Positions 20,248-30,047 of a DNA stretch of 64,000 bases are shown piece by piece. The DNA is from Bacillota bacterium (GTDB lineage: Bacteria > Bacillota > Desulfotomaculia > Desulfotomaculales > Pelotomaculaceae), in assembly GCA_029555205.1 (NCBI GenBank), contig JAKPTB010000149.1, positions 10,993-74,992 on the forward strand, read 5' to 3'. The translations under genes were made by a program, and so were the position numbers. Below the pieces are notes generated by a model. That model had not been told where the DNA came from. It made no database searches and saw nothing but the letters and a program-made list of their open reading frames with translations. Numbering within the stretch: position 1 is the first letter of the stretch; every line of letters begins with the position of its first letter.

Positions 20248-20682
20248 TTAAATAACGGCATTGATCCCGGTAATTCTGTATTTTTTTTTACCGGCAGGCA
20301 GCTCCAGTTCCACAATACTGCCGGTTTTTTTTAGGAGTAAAGCATTACCCGGCGCTGAAAAGATTGAGACATCACCATGTTTGATTTCATCTGTTGTACT
20401 TACCAGCCTGAGCTTTTGACGGGTTTGAGTTAACACGTCTTCTACTTCTACTTCACAATCAAGGGTCACCAGCGGCAGTTTATTGTCCCATGTATCTTCC
20501 TTTGCAACAATTCCTAAAAAATGATCGATTGTCTTAATGTATTTTTCAATTAGCTGGCTTATCCTGGACCTATCGTTGGGATCGAAGTAATATTCGAGAA
20601 TTAAATCACGTTCTTCTTCCAGTTTAACCAGGCTTTCCAGGATAATCTCAAATGCGTGTGTTGAGATGCAATATTCTTTCAT
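20248..20682 (-). CDS. GreA/GreB-family C-terminal-domain protein
   Basis: The C-terminal VSIFSAPGNALLLKKTGSIVELELPAGKKKYRITGI matches the Gre C-domain pattern. The N-terminus is atypical. Confidence 0.6.
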   Translation of the reverse strand: MKEYCISTHAFEIILESLVKLEEERDLILEYYFDPNDRSRISQLIEKYIKTIDHFLGIVAKEDTWDNKLPLVTLDCEVEVEDVLTQTRQKLRLVSTTDEIKHGDVSIFSAPGNALLLKKTGSIVELELPAGKKKYRITGINAVI

Positions 20683-20921
20683 CTTAATCTCCCAAATAAT
20701 ATATTTAAGAGATAGTAACAGATATATAATAATATAATAGGGTATTTCAATGTAATGTCCTGTGAAATACCCAATCTTTATGCTTGGAGATTATTTTATT
20801 AGTTATTTAACATTATAATAGTTATTAATAAGAAGTTTTTTAGTCTCCTGCAGAACATCATCATGGTTGCTTCCCTGGTATCCTGGTGGAATACTTAAAA
20901 GCTGCTTTTTTGTTGAGGCTC

Positions 20922-21335
20922 CTACAGGTCATAATCACCGGCTGCTTCCGGCTGATATAGAATTTTTTCTACTTTTAATCTAACCAGACCGCCCGGAACT
21001 TTCCAGTCGACTATATCCCCTTTGCGAAAACCCAGGATTGCTGTTCCCACAGGAGCCAATACGGATATCTTATTCTCCATCAGATCAGCATCGGCAGGGT
21101 AAACCAGGGTGTAAATCATTTCCTCCCCGGAGTCCAAATCCTTTAATAACACTTTCGAATTCATTGTAATTATATCATGGGGAATTTTTAAGGAGGGAAC
21201 TACCTGGGCCCGGTTTAATTCCTGCTCAAGCTCTTTCAGGGATTCCTGATTACCTTCCCCAAACTCTTTAGCTTCATTTATAAATTTTTGAAGTCTTTGT
21301 TTGTCTTTTTCTGTGATAAATATTTGCCTGGACAT
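20922..21335 (-). CDS. Rnk-like GreA/GreB family regulator (nucleoside diphosphate kinase regulator-like)
   Basis: MSRQIFITEKDKQRL...ISVLAPVGTAILGFRKGDIVDWKVPGG. The start at the third Met lies 9 nt after GAAAGG. Confidence 0.7.
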   Translation of the reverse strand: MSRQIFITEKDKQRLQKFINEAKEFGEGNQESLKELEQELNRAQVVPSLKIPHDIITMNSKVLLKDLDSGEEMIYTLVYPADADLMENKISVLAPVGTAILGFRKGDIVDWKVPGGLVRLKVEKILYQPEAAGDYDL

Positions 21336-21527
21336 TTTCATCAACCTTTCATTAGAGTTGGAAAGAAATAAAAACATACGGCGACTACGGTAATTTTTGG
21401 TAATCGCCGGTTTTAATATCAAGTTATATAGAAAAATATAAGGAAGGTTTTTTTACGTAATTATCTGATAACATGATTATATCTATTATTTAACATTAAG
21501 TAAAGATCGTGGTGATATTAAATAACC

Positions 21528-23174
21528 TTATTTATTCAGGGACCTGAGCAGGTTTAATTCTTTCAGAATAGTTATATACTCGGTGTCCAGGGTTGAAGTA
21601 TCTTTTTGTTTTGAGGTGCATAGCCGCCCTATTATTTCGCTTAATTTGTTCTCCAGCTGTAAAATCTTCATTCTTCGCTGGTCCTGTCCCGACCGTTCAA
21701 AGGAATCCAGACGCTGCAGGTATTCACTGTATTTCCCGGGGTAATGGACAGCTTTCCCATGCTGCAGAACGATGACTTCATCAGCAATTTGTTCGATAAA
21801 TGTCCGGTCATGGGATACGAAAAGGATGGTGCCCCGGTATTCCTTCATGACCTTTTCCAGCGCCTCTAAGGAATAAACATCCAGGTAGTTTGTCGGCTCA
21901 TCCAGCACGATCACGTTATAACTGCCGGCAAAAATTTTTGCAAGAGCAACCTTTACTCTTTCTCCACCGCTTAAAACTTTTACTTTTTTATGAACTTCCT
22001 CCCGCCTGAACATCAATCGCGCCAGAATCAGCCTTACATCGGGCAAGGGGAGGCTGCTGTCCTGCATTACATTTTCAAGAAGTGTTTTATTTTCGTCCAA
22101 AGTGTCGAGATCCTGGTGGAAATAACCGATCCGGGCCCCTCTGGCTGTTTCAATTCCTTTTTCCCCCGTTTCAATCATCTTGAGTAGGGTTGTTTTACCG
22201 CTGCCGTTGTTGCCGATTAAGGCCACCTTTTTTCCTGCGGGTACTTCAAAACTAATCTCCTTAAGTATAACCTTATTTCCAAAAGCTTTACTTACACTTT
22301 TTCCCGTGATAGCAACGCGGCAATAGAGCTGGCGTTGGTCTTTAATATCCATATTGACTTTAATCGGTTTAGCCGGTTTTTCTTTTACCTCCAATTGCTC
22401 TATTCTTGTTCTGATAGCTGCAGCCGCCTTTTCCAACTTGGCCATTTTTTGGCCTGTCTTTCCTTTGTGCAGGCGGGCTTCTGAATTACCCATGCGGGAA
22501 GGTGTTTTCTTCATCGAGCCTGCCTTTTGCTTTTTTTCGATCAAGGCAGCGGTGAGGCGGCGTTTTTCACTGAGATAATGCTCGTATTCAGCAAGCTGCC
22601 TTTTTCCAGCGGCTTCCTTCTGGCGCCTGTACTCGCTGAAATTGCCTGTATAACCAGTCACCAGGCCGTTTTCAATTTCAATAATTCTGGTACACAGGCT
22701 GTCCATCAGGGCGCGGTCGTGGGAAACTAATACCAGCGCTCCTTTGAAGTTCTTCAACTCTTCTTCCAATAATTGAATTCCCGCCAGGTCAAGGTTGCAG
22801 GTGGGTTCGTCCGCAAAAATGAGCGGGCACTGGTCACTTAGGGCCCGGGCGATTTTTAAACGTGTCCTTTCTCCACCACTCATGGTTTTGTGGTCGAGAT
22901 CAGGGACACCAAACCTTTTTTCCATAACACGTTCCACCGGATGGGTTTCGGTATCCTCAAGCTGGTGGATAAAAGCGTACCTGCTGTAGCGGCGGACCGT
23001 ACCTTCAGAAGGAGAGTCTATCCCTGCCAGTATATTTAAGAGTGTAGTCTTGCCGCAACCGTTGGCGCCCACTACACCAATCCGTTCACCTTGATATATT
23101 TTCAAACTGTCTATCCTGAAAAGAATCCTGTCTCCATATAGTTTTTTTATTTTGTCTGCTTCTAGCAAAAGCAT
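21528..23174 (-). CDS. ABC-F family ATPase, ARE (ribosomal-protection) type
   Basis: Two ABC cassettes (GANGCGKTT and GNNGSGKTT; two LSGGE signatures) joined by a K/R/Q-rich linker of about 90 aa. There are no TM segments. Start taken at MLLLEADKI after AAGGAGGG. Confidence 0.85.
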   Translation of the reverse strand: MLLLEADKIKKLYGDRILFRIDSLKIYQGERIGVVGANGCGKTTLLNILAGIDSPSEGTVRRYSRYAFIHQLEDTETHPVERVMEKRFGVPDLDHKTMSGGERTRLKIARALSDQCPLIFADEPTCNLDLAGIQLLEEELKNFKGALVLVSHDRALMDSLCTRIIEIENGLVTGYTGNFSEYRRQKEAAGKRQLAEYEHYLSEKRRLTAALIEKKQKAGSMKKTPSRMGNSEARLHKGKTGQKMAKLEKAAAAIRTRIEQLEVKEKPAKPIKVNMDIKDQRQLYCRVAITGKSVSKAFGNKVILKEISFEVPAGKKVALIGNNGSGKTTLLKMIETGEKGIETARGARIGYFHQDLDTLDENKTLLENVMQDSSLPLPDVRLILARLMFRREEVHKKVKVLSGGERVKVALAKIFAGSYNVIVLDEPTNYLDVYSLEALEKVMKEYRGTILFVSHDRTFIEQIADEVIVLQHGKAVHYPGKYSEYLQRLDSFERSGQDQRRMKILQLENKLSEIIGRLCTSKQKDTSTLDTEYITILKELNLLRSLNK

Positions 23175-23420
23175 AAAAAAACCCTCCTTAAGCTGGAGAG
23201 AGGATGGTTTATGCATTCTTGACGAAGCTTGCCCGCTTATCCGAAAGACAAGAAGTGGAAAAGTAACTCTCGTCCTTGCTGTTCCCTGTATTTTGGGAGA
23301 ATGCAAAAATGATGCATAATGCCATGCGGGCATACCAATCCTGCTCGTTTAAATCTAACAAAGTAAATTTAATTAAATATCAAGCAGGACTAGAAGCGCA
23401 TCATTTACTCCTTTCAGTTT
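23175..23420 (-). promoter_or_regulatory. ABC-F leader: 4-codon leader ORF (MMRF-stop, 23404..23390) plus alternative hairpins and an SD-sequestering stem
   Basis: GAAAGGAG-taa-ATGATGCGCTTCTAG opens the leader. Further 3', CUCUCC-agcuuaa-GGAGGG-U7-AUG (23200..23172) buries the SD of the ABC-F gene. Confidence 0.55.
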
Positions 23421-23846
23421 CTTAATAGTTGTTTTGCAAATAGTGTATCATCTTTTAAAAAAAAGTCAATGGCTATAAAATACGGTGGTTTCTGAGTGAG
23501 TAGGTATTATGGATACACCCGGGGTGAAGAGGCTTTTTGAAAGAGAGCAGAAAATATTTTTTCTAAATGATAATTCTATTATTATTTGGATAAGCTCTTA
23601 ATAATGGCTTTTTTCCGCCAGGAGTGTATGGCGATACAAAAAAGAGCAACTTTAGCGTTTTTCGGAGATGACAAAATCCGTGATTGAATACCCATTCATT
23701 GAATCAATAATATTTTGCAACGATGGTTTAATGCAGGAGTAACTGAAGAAATAGAATTGAAATAACATTCATTTAAAATGAAGAATACTGCTGGACATTG
23801 AAAGTAGTATCCTTTATTCTTTAGGGTATACTAGACTATTATAGTA

Positions 23847-25937
23847 ATGGAGGGAGGTAATAAAATTACTTGCAAAAATGTTGTACCCAATAGATTGATC
23901 AACGAGAAATCGCCTTATCTACTACAGCACGCACATAACCCAGTGGATTGGTATCCCTGGGGAGAAGAAGCCTTCGAAAAGGCAAAAGCTGAAGACAAGC
24001 CGGTATTCTTATCAATAGGCTATTCCACCTGCCATTGGTGCCATGTAATGGAAAGGGAATCCTTTGAAGACGGAGAAGTGGCGGCAATTCTTAATGATAA
24101 GTTTGTTTCAGTCAAGGTTGATAGGGAAGAGCGCCCGGATCTTGACCATATCTATATGAATGCCTGCCAGGCCATGACCGGGCAGGGGGGCTGGCCTCTG
24201 ACCGTTTTACTGACCCCGGAGAAAAAACCTTTTTATGCCGGGACCTATTTCCCCAAAAACAGTAAATGGGGAATGCCGGGAATGGTGGATATTTTAACAC
24301 TGGTCAGCCAAAAATGGGAACAGGAACGGGATCGGGTGCTGGAAGCCGGCGAAGAGGTTCTAGAAGTTTTAAAAACAGGTTTTGGCTCGGATTCCCGGGC
24401 AGTTCTGGACAGGGATACGCTTAACAGAACCTATAAACAGCTGCGGGACAGGTTTGACCATGAATACGGCGGCTTCGGCGCCGCGCCCAAGTTTCCAACT
24501 CCCCACAATCTGATGTTCCTCCTGCGCTACTGGAAGAGAAGCGGTGAAAAAGAAGCCCTGGCCATGGTGGAAAAGACGCTGCAAGCTATGTACAACGGAG
24601 GCCTTTACGACCACATCGGATACGGCTTCTCCCGCTACTCCACCGACCGGAAGTGGCTTGTGCCCCATTTTGAAAAGATGCTTTACGACAACGCGCTTCT
24701 GGCCCTGGCTTACCTCGAGGCGTACCAGGTTACAGGCAGGGATTTTTATGCCCGTGTTGTAAAAGAAGTGTTCAGCTATGTCTTAAGAGATATGACCTCG
24801 CCGGAGGGAGGTTTTTACTCGGCCGAGGACGCCGATTCCGAAGGTGTGGAAGGGAAGTTTTATGTTTGGACACCCCTGGAGGTCCGGGAAATCCTCGGTG
24901 AGGAGGACGGGGAGGTTTTCTGCCGCTATTATGACATTACCCCCGGAGGGAATTTTGAGGGCAAGAGTATTCCCAACTTAATTCATAAATGGGTTGAAAA
25001 TGAAGAGCCTGCATCCAGCGGGGAATCCGGAGAATTCTTAGCCCGGCTTGATGCCCTCCGGGAAAGGCTGTTTAAAGCCAGAGAAGAGCGGGTACATCCC
25101 CATAAGGACGATAAAATCCTGACTTCCTGGAACGGGCTGATGATTACCGCCCTGGCCAGGGCCGGGTCCGTGCTGGAAGAAACCCGTTATACGGAGGCGG
25201 CGGAGCGTGCGGTTGCTTTTATCTTCGAAAAGTTGAGGCGTGCTGACGGCAGATTGCTGGCCAGGTACAGGGACGGGGAGGCGGCTTTGCCCGCCTATCT
25301 GGATGATTACGCCTTTGTTACCTGGGGCCTGCTGGAGCTGTACGAGGCTACTTTCGCCCCAAGGTATTTAAGGGATGCCCTCGAGCTGACCCACCAGACC
25401 CTTGAACTTTTCTGGGACAGGGAAAACGGCGGATTTTTCTTTTACGGGGAAGACGCCGAGCAGCTGATCATACGGCCCAAGGAAATCTATGACGGAGCGC
25501 TCCCTTCCGGCAATTCCGTTATGCTGCTGAATCTTTTGCGCCTTGCCCGCCTGACCGGCGACGGGGCGCTTTCGGACAAGGCGGAAGGACAGGTGAGGGC
25601 CTTTGCCGGCGAGGTTGCAGATAACCCCCAGGCCTATTCATTTTTTATGACCGGACTGGATTTTTACCTGGGACCCACCAGAGAGATTGTAATTGCAGGC
25701 AAGTCCGGGGATGCCCTGGCTGAAAGCATGCTCAAGGCTGTCCGGCTTCGTTTTATGCCGGATACTGTGGTTGCTTTCAATCCTGATGATGGCGCCGGGA
25801 CAGATTTAGAAAAATTGGCGCCTTTTCTAGGAGAACAGCGAGCTATAAATGGCAGGGCAACGGCTTATGTCTGTCAGAACTACGCCTGTCAGGCGCCGGT
25901 CACCGACTATCAACAATTCATCGACATGCTTAATTGA
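23847..25937 (+). CDS. thioredoxin-domain protein YyaL (DUF255 plus six-hairpin glycosidase-like domain)
   Basis: [29 protein letters not shown]...[12 protein letters not shown]. The exact start is uncertain. Confidence 0.85.
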   Translation: MEGGNKITCKNVVPNRLINEKSPYLLQHAHNPVDWYPWGEEAFEKAKAEDKPVFLSIGYSTCHWCHVMERESFEDGEVAAILNDKFVSVKVDREERPDLDHIYMNACQAMTGQGGWPLTVLLTPEKKPFYAGTYFPKNSKWGMPGMVDILTLVSQKWEQERDRVLEAGEEVLEVLKTGFGSDSRAVLDRDTLNRTYKQLRDRFDHEYGGFGAAPKFPTPHNLMFLLRYWKRSGEKEALAMVEKTLQAMYNGGLYDHIGYGFSRYSTDRKWLVPHFEKMLYDNALLALAYLEAYQVTGRDFYARVVKEVFSYVLRDMTSPEGGFYSAEDADSEGVEGKFYVWTPLEVREILGEEDGEVFCRYYDITPGGNFEGKSIPNLIHKWVENEEPASSGESGEFLARLDALRERLFKAREERVHPHKDDKILTSWNGLMITALARAGSVLEETRYTEAAERAVAFIFEKLRRADGRLLARYRDGEAALPAYLDDYAFVTWGLLELYEATFAPRYLRDALELTHQTLELFWDRENGGFFFYGEDAEQLIIRPKEIYDGALPSGNSVMLLNLLRLARLTGDGALSDKAEGQVRAFAGEVADNPQAYSFFMTGLDFYLGPTREIVIAGKSGDALAESMLKAVRLRFMPDTVVAFNPDDGAGTDLEKLAPFLGEQRAINGRATAYVCQNYACQAPVTDYQQFIDMLN

Positions 25938-26244
25938 ACCGGTGACCTGAAAAGCTTTTGCAATTAAAGATTCGCGTTGTCTACCCAAGCGGCATCCCAT
26001 GCGCCGGTGGGAGAGCCTGATTGATTTAATTGAAACAATTCTTGTTTTATCGGCTAGAAGAAGGCGGGACACACCCGCTTTCTTCTAGCTGTACGCAGAA
26101 TATATCTTTAGATTTACTGTTGGTATTTTTCAATTAACAGCTTAGACATCCGTGCCGCTGATGCGGTACCGGCAGTATGAAAATTCAATTTTCACATTTG
26201 ATGGGATAGGGTAATGCTGAATTAATCTTAAAAATAATATTTAT

Positions 26245-27516
26245 TCAGGCATCTCTGTGCGCTCCGTTCGGGTACTTGATTACACGGTGCTCCCATGTTC
26301 TGAGGGAAATGTATTCTTCGTCCCTGTCCAGGATGTACTGGGGCAGGACCGGAGTTTTGCCGTACCCGTTGGGGGTATTGATAATATAGGACGGAACCGC
26401 CAGACCTGAGGTGTAACCGCGCAGCTTTTCCATGATTTTTATGCCGTCATCGACACTTGTGATAAAATGACCGGTGCCCTTTACCTGTTTAGCGTGAAAA
26501 ATATAGTAGGGACGAACCCGGATTTTCAGCAGTTCGTGGTTTAGTTTTTTCATAATTGAAGGCGTGTTGTTGATTCCTTTCAACAGGACGGCCTGATTGC
26601 CCAGAACCACACCGGCGTTAACCAGCATCTCACAGGCAAGGGCGGCATCACGTGTAATCTCGCGGGGATGGTTAAATTGTGTATTAATATATAACGGTGG
26701 ATGTTTCTTTAATATGGAGCAGAGGTCACGGGTAATTCTTTGAGGCATCGTAACGGGTGTTCTTGTCCCGAGTCGCTTAATCTCCACATGCTTGATCCTG
26801 TCCAGTTCAGTCAGTAACCAGTCAAGGTAGCTGTCACTCAGCAAGAGGGCATCCCCACCGGTGATCAAAACGTCCCTTATTTCCCTGTTTTCCCTGATGT
26901 ATTGAAGCGCTTTCCGGATGGCGCTGTTCGATCTGTGCCTGTCGATTTCTCCGATATTGCGCCTGCGCTGGCAGTGTCTGCAGTACATGGCGCACTGGTT
27001 GGTAACGTTGATGATCAGCCTGTCCGGGTAACGCCGGGTTATACACGGGGCAGGGGAGGTATATTCCTCAGCCATTGGGTCACTTTGGCCCGTTTCCGCC
27101 AGTTCGTCGACACTTGGAACGGCCTGGGTCCAAATGGGGTCTGCGGCGTTCCTTTCATAAAAAAGTGAAGCATAATAGGGAGAGATGGACCAGCGGTATT
27201 TTAAACCCACCCTCTTTATGTTTATAGATGTTTCTTTGTTGATACAGAATATTTTGGAAAGTGTTACGACATCATGAATACGGTTTGACATTTGCCAGCG
27301 CCAGTCTTGCCAATCTTTCCAGGTTGCGTTGAATATATTCAAGATCCTTTTCTTGTTTTCCAGGATGTTGTTTTCCAGGTCAAAGCCGGTTTTGATAGTT
27401 TCTTTTTCTTCCAGATAGTCACTTATTCTCTCTTTCAATTCCGCTGCCCGGTTTAAGGCAATAACCGTCCTGTCATCCTGGGATACTGTTATTTGCTGCG
27501 GGGCATTTAATGACAT
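26245..27516 (-). CDS. KamA-family radical SAM aminomutase, probable glutamate 2,3-aminomutase
   Basis: CAMYCRHCQRRR cluster motif. The positions aligning by eye with LAM Asp293 and Asp330 read Lys (FHAKQVKG) and Asn (IINTPNGYGK). Confidence 0.6.
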   Translation of the reverse strand: MSLNAPQQITVSQDDRTVIALNRAAELKERISDYLEEKETIKTGFDLENNILENKKRILNIFNATWKDWQDWRWQMSNRIHDVVTLSKIFCINKETSINIKRVGLKYRWSISPYYASLFYERNAADPIWTQAVPSVDELAETGQSDPMAEEYTSPAPCITRRYPDRLIINVTNQCAMYCRHCQRRRNIGEIDRHRSNSAIRKALQYIRENREIRDVLITGGDALLLSDSYLDWLLTELDRIKHVEIKRLGTRTPVTMPQRITRDLCSILKKHPPLYINTQFNHPREITRDAALACEMLVNAGVVLGNQAVLLKGINNTPSIMKKLNHELLKIRVRPYYIFHAKQVKGTGHFITSVDDGIKIMEKLRGYTSGLAVPSYIINTPNGYGKTPVLPQYILDRDEEYISLRTWEHRVIKYPNGAHRDA

Positions 27517-27902
27517 TCTATCCCTCCTTATATTACTAACAAAAAGAATAACCCCGGTTAAACGAATCCGTTCCGGGGCAAGGAAAAAATGTCAAACAGC
27601 CGGTTGTTATCTACAACAGGGCAGTTCTCCTCCCTTTCCACGCTTGCGAAGTTAGCTGACGGATTCGGATTGAAAAGTAACCCTACGGAATCAGACCGGC
27701 TTAATTGAATAATTATTTAAGGAAGATTTTAATTCCTTGATAATCATTCTTGAGCCACTCAAGAGACCGATCCCGATTCACCCCAAAAACCTGGTTCCCC
27801 CGCTTCTAGAAGAATTAAGCGATCAGAGGATGTTATGCGATTATTATTATTTTCAATTTTTTGCCTGCAACTTATTATAGCATGATAAGTTGTTGGTTGC
27901 AA
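27517..27902 (-). promoter_or_regulatory. sigma-A promoter plus structured 5' leader of about 350 nt (unassigned riboswitch/attenuator candidate)
   Basis: On the minus strand: TTGCAA (27902..27897), 17-nt spacer, TATAAT (27879..27874). An upstream CCGAAUCCGU segment is complementary to ACGGAUUCG inside the terminator, which could act as an antiterminator. Confidence 0.55.
27541..27578 (-). terminator. leader terminator immediately upstream of the aminomutase gene
   Basis: On the minus strand: CCCCGG-aacggattcgtttaa-CCGGGG followed by ttattcttttt. It lies about 25 nt before the RBS. Confidence 0.7.
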
Positions 27903-27998
27903 GACCTGGTGCCAATGGTTTGCAACTTTTTGTATCTGTAAATTTATTGCCTAAAGGGATTTAGCGCCTGAAAAAAGAATTCTCTTAGCGGAGGTGCA

Positions 27999-28208
27999 TT
28001 GAATTTGGGTGAAAAGCGTTCGGGCAGGGTTTATGAGTTTACCCCGGGGAAGAAGCGAAAGCTGAAGTCACTGGATTACGTTTCACCCGAAAAAAAAGAA
28101 TTGCTGAGAAAGAGAAAACAAGCTAAGAAAGATAAGAGCGTCTTTTATGCGGGAGTGGGAATACTCATACTGTTGGTGGTCATTATTACACTTTTTAGGA
28201 TAAGATAA
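27999..28208 (+). CDS. small membrane-anchored basic protein, hypothetical
   Basis: 69 aa with a GGAGGTG RBS, a K/R-rich N-terminus and a single C-terminal TM segment. Confidence 0.5.
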   Translation: MNLGEKRSGRVYEFTPGKKRKLKSLDYVSPEKKELLRKRKQAKKDKSVFYAGVGILILLVVIITLFRIR

Positions 28209-28500
28209 ACAAACATGGACTCTTTATTATGAACTGTCCATTTACAGCTTAACAGCAAGTTTGTTTTCCTTTGTTGCAACGGATGCATTATTTTGTAAGA
28301 ATGAACATTTATGGTATAATGGTTATATAATACCCTGGTGAATAGGAAATAATCTAAAAAGGGGATTGAAAAATTGAGACATTCCATCTAACAACAGGAC
28401 CTCGGTCTTTTTAGGCTTGAGGTTCTATTTGTTCATAAAGCCCCGGGCTGGTAATAATAAATAATTGATGTTATACATTTAGGCCGTCTGCAGAAAGAAG

Positions 28501-29073
28501 TTGATTGTCATTCAAAAGGTAACCAAAGGGCCCTCCGCGGCTCTCTTACCCGTTCCCGCCGTGCTTGTAACCTCCTGCCTGGAGGGTGGCGAGCCAAATA
28601 TCATAACCATCGCCTGGACAGGTGTGATGAGCTCCGAGCCGCCTGTGGTCTATATTAGTGTCCGCCCGGTGGGCAGGCATTCATACAGGTTGATCAAAGA
28701 ATCCGGGGAGTATGTTATTAATATACCATCAGCCCATCAGATCAAGATGGTGGACTACTGCGGGGTAGTTACAGGAAAAGATGTTAATAAGTTTAAGGAA
28801 ACGGGGCTGACCCCTATGCCGGGAGCAAGGGTGAGGGCGCCACTGATTGCGGAGTGTCCTGTAAACATTGAGTGCAGGGTGCGTCAGATTCTTCCCCTGG
28901 GAAGCCATGATGTCTTTATTTCTGATGTGCTTGCTGTTCATTACAGTCTGCAGGTGCTGGACGAAAAAGGGCGTCCGGACATTGGCAAGATCAGGCCGTA
29001 CGGTTACTGTACCGGCGAATACCGGGAATTGGCCGATAGAATTGGCAGGTACGACTTTTCTAGGAGGGAATAG
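28501..29073 (+). CDS. flavin reductase family protein
   Basis: 190 aa showing the flavin-reductase-like FMN-binding domain pattern (PVPAVLVTS...NIITIAW). Confidence 0.75.
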   Translation: MIVIQKVTKGPSAALLPVPAVLVTSCLEGGEPNIITIAWTGVMSSEPPVVYISVRPVGRHSYRLIKESGEYVINIPSAHQIKMVDYCGVVTGKDVNKFKETGLTPMPGARVRAPLIAECPVNIECRVRQILPLGSHDVFISDVLAVHYSLQVLDEKGRPDIGKIRPYGYCTGEYRELADRIGRYDFSRRE

Positions 29074-29136
29074 CTTTGACGGCAGAGAACCATCTCCTGC
29101 CTGAATTAATTCAGTATCTCTTCGGGGGGGATTAGA

Positions 29137-29682
29137 GTGGAGGTAAGGAGCGGAAAAACACTGATTCGGACTGTTTTGGGAGACATCACTACACAGACAA
29201 CGGAGGCCATCGTCAATGCCGCTAACTCGGGTCTTTTGGGCGGAGGAGGCGTTGACGGCGCTATCCACCGGGCAGGCGGGCCCCAGATTATGGAGGAGTG
29301 CAAAGAGATCCGCGCCCGGCAGGGAGGCTGCCCCACGGGTCAGGCCGTAATAACCGGAGGAGGCCGCCTGAAAGCAAGTTATGTTATACACACTGTTGGA
29401 CCGGTCTGGTCGGGGGGCAACAGGCAGGAGGATGAACTTTTACGCAGCGCTTACTGGAGCAGCCTGGCCCTGGCCAGAGAGAAGGGGATCCGGACCATTT
29501 CATTTCCTTCGATCAGTACAGGTGTCTATCATTTTCCCGTGGAACGGGCAGCCCGCATAGCTGTCAAAACCGTCCTGGATTTTACCGGGGAACATGATTT
29601 CGAGGAAATTCGTTTTGTTCTTTTTGATCAACGGACTTACAGGGCTTTTGAGGAAGCCATCGAAGAACAAATGCCTGCATAA
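29137..29682 (+). CDS. macro-domain protein, O-acetyl-ADP-ribose deacetylase (YmdB-like)
   Basis: [35 protein letters not shown]...ISTGVYHFP. Confidence 0.9.
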   Translation: MEVRSGKTLIRTVLGDITTQTTEAIVNAANSGLLGGGGVDGAIHRAGGPQIMEECKEIRARQGGCPTGQAVITGGGRLKASYVIHTVGPVWSGGNRQEDELLRSAYWSSLALAREKGIRTISFPSISTGVYHFPVERAARIAVKTVLDFTGEHDFEEIRFVLFDQRTYRAFEEAIEEQMPA

Positions 29683-29837
29683 CTTCCGCTGAATGAGAAC
29701 ATACACTTTGGCTTTAGCTGATCCGGCAGGAACAATAATAATGGAAAAGGTCAATGTTGCAATGGGATTTGAATAAATTAAAAATTGATAAATACAGGTT
29801 CAATGCAGGTGAATATATAAGATCTGGTTGATACCGC

Positions 29838-29865
29838 AGAACAGCTGGGCTGTTCTTTTTTTTTG
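29838..29865 (+). terminator. intrinsic terminator
   Basis: AGAACAGC-tgg-GCTGTTCT hairpin followed by T9. Confidence 0.75.
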
Positions 29866-30047
29866 CGTTGCTGAAGGGTTATAAAAAATTAATATGTCCA
29901 ACTTTATTTCCATAAATATTTTCTATAAGTATTATAAAAGACATTATGGTATAAAGAAATAGAATGGATATTTCCAACCGGGAGGTGGTCGAAAGTTTAA
30001 CTAAGACCCGGTCAATCTAAAATATAAAACGGAAAGGTGGTAATTTT

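Noticed and set aside
27517-27870. T-box or lysine (L-box) riboswitch in the aminomutase leader
   Set aside because: No GGUGGNACCGCG T-box sequence lies 5' of the terminator. There is no AGAGGNGC...GGAGAGCU L-box frame either. It is therefore reported as an unassigned leader.
28729-29391. 220-aa minus-strand ORF spanning two plus-strand genes
   Set aside because: It overlaps the flavin reductase and macro-domain genes, both of which have strong motifs, and it has no RBS.
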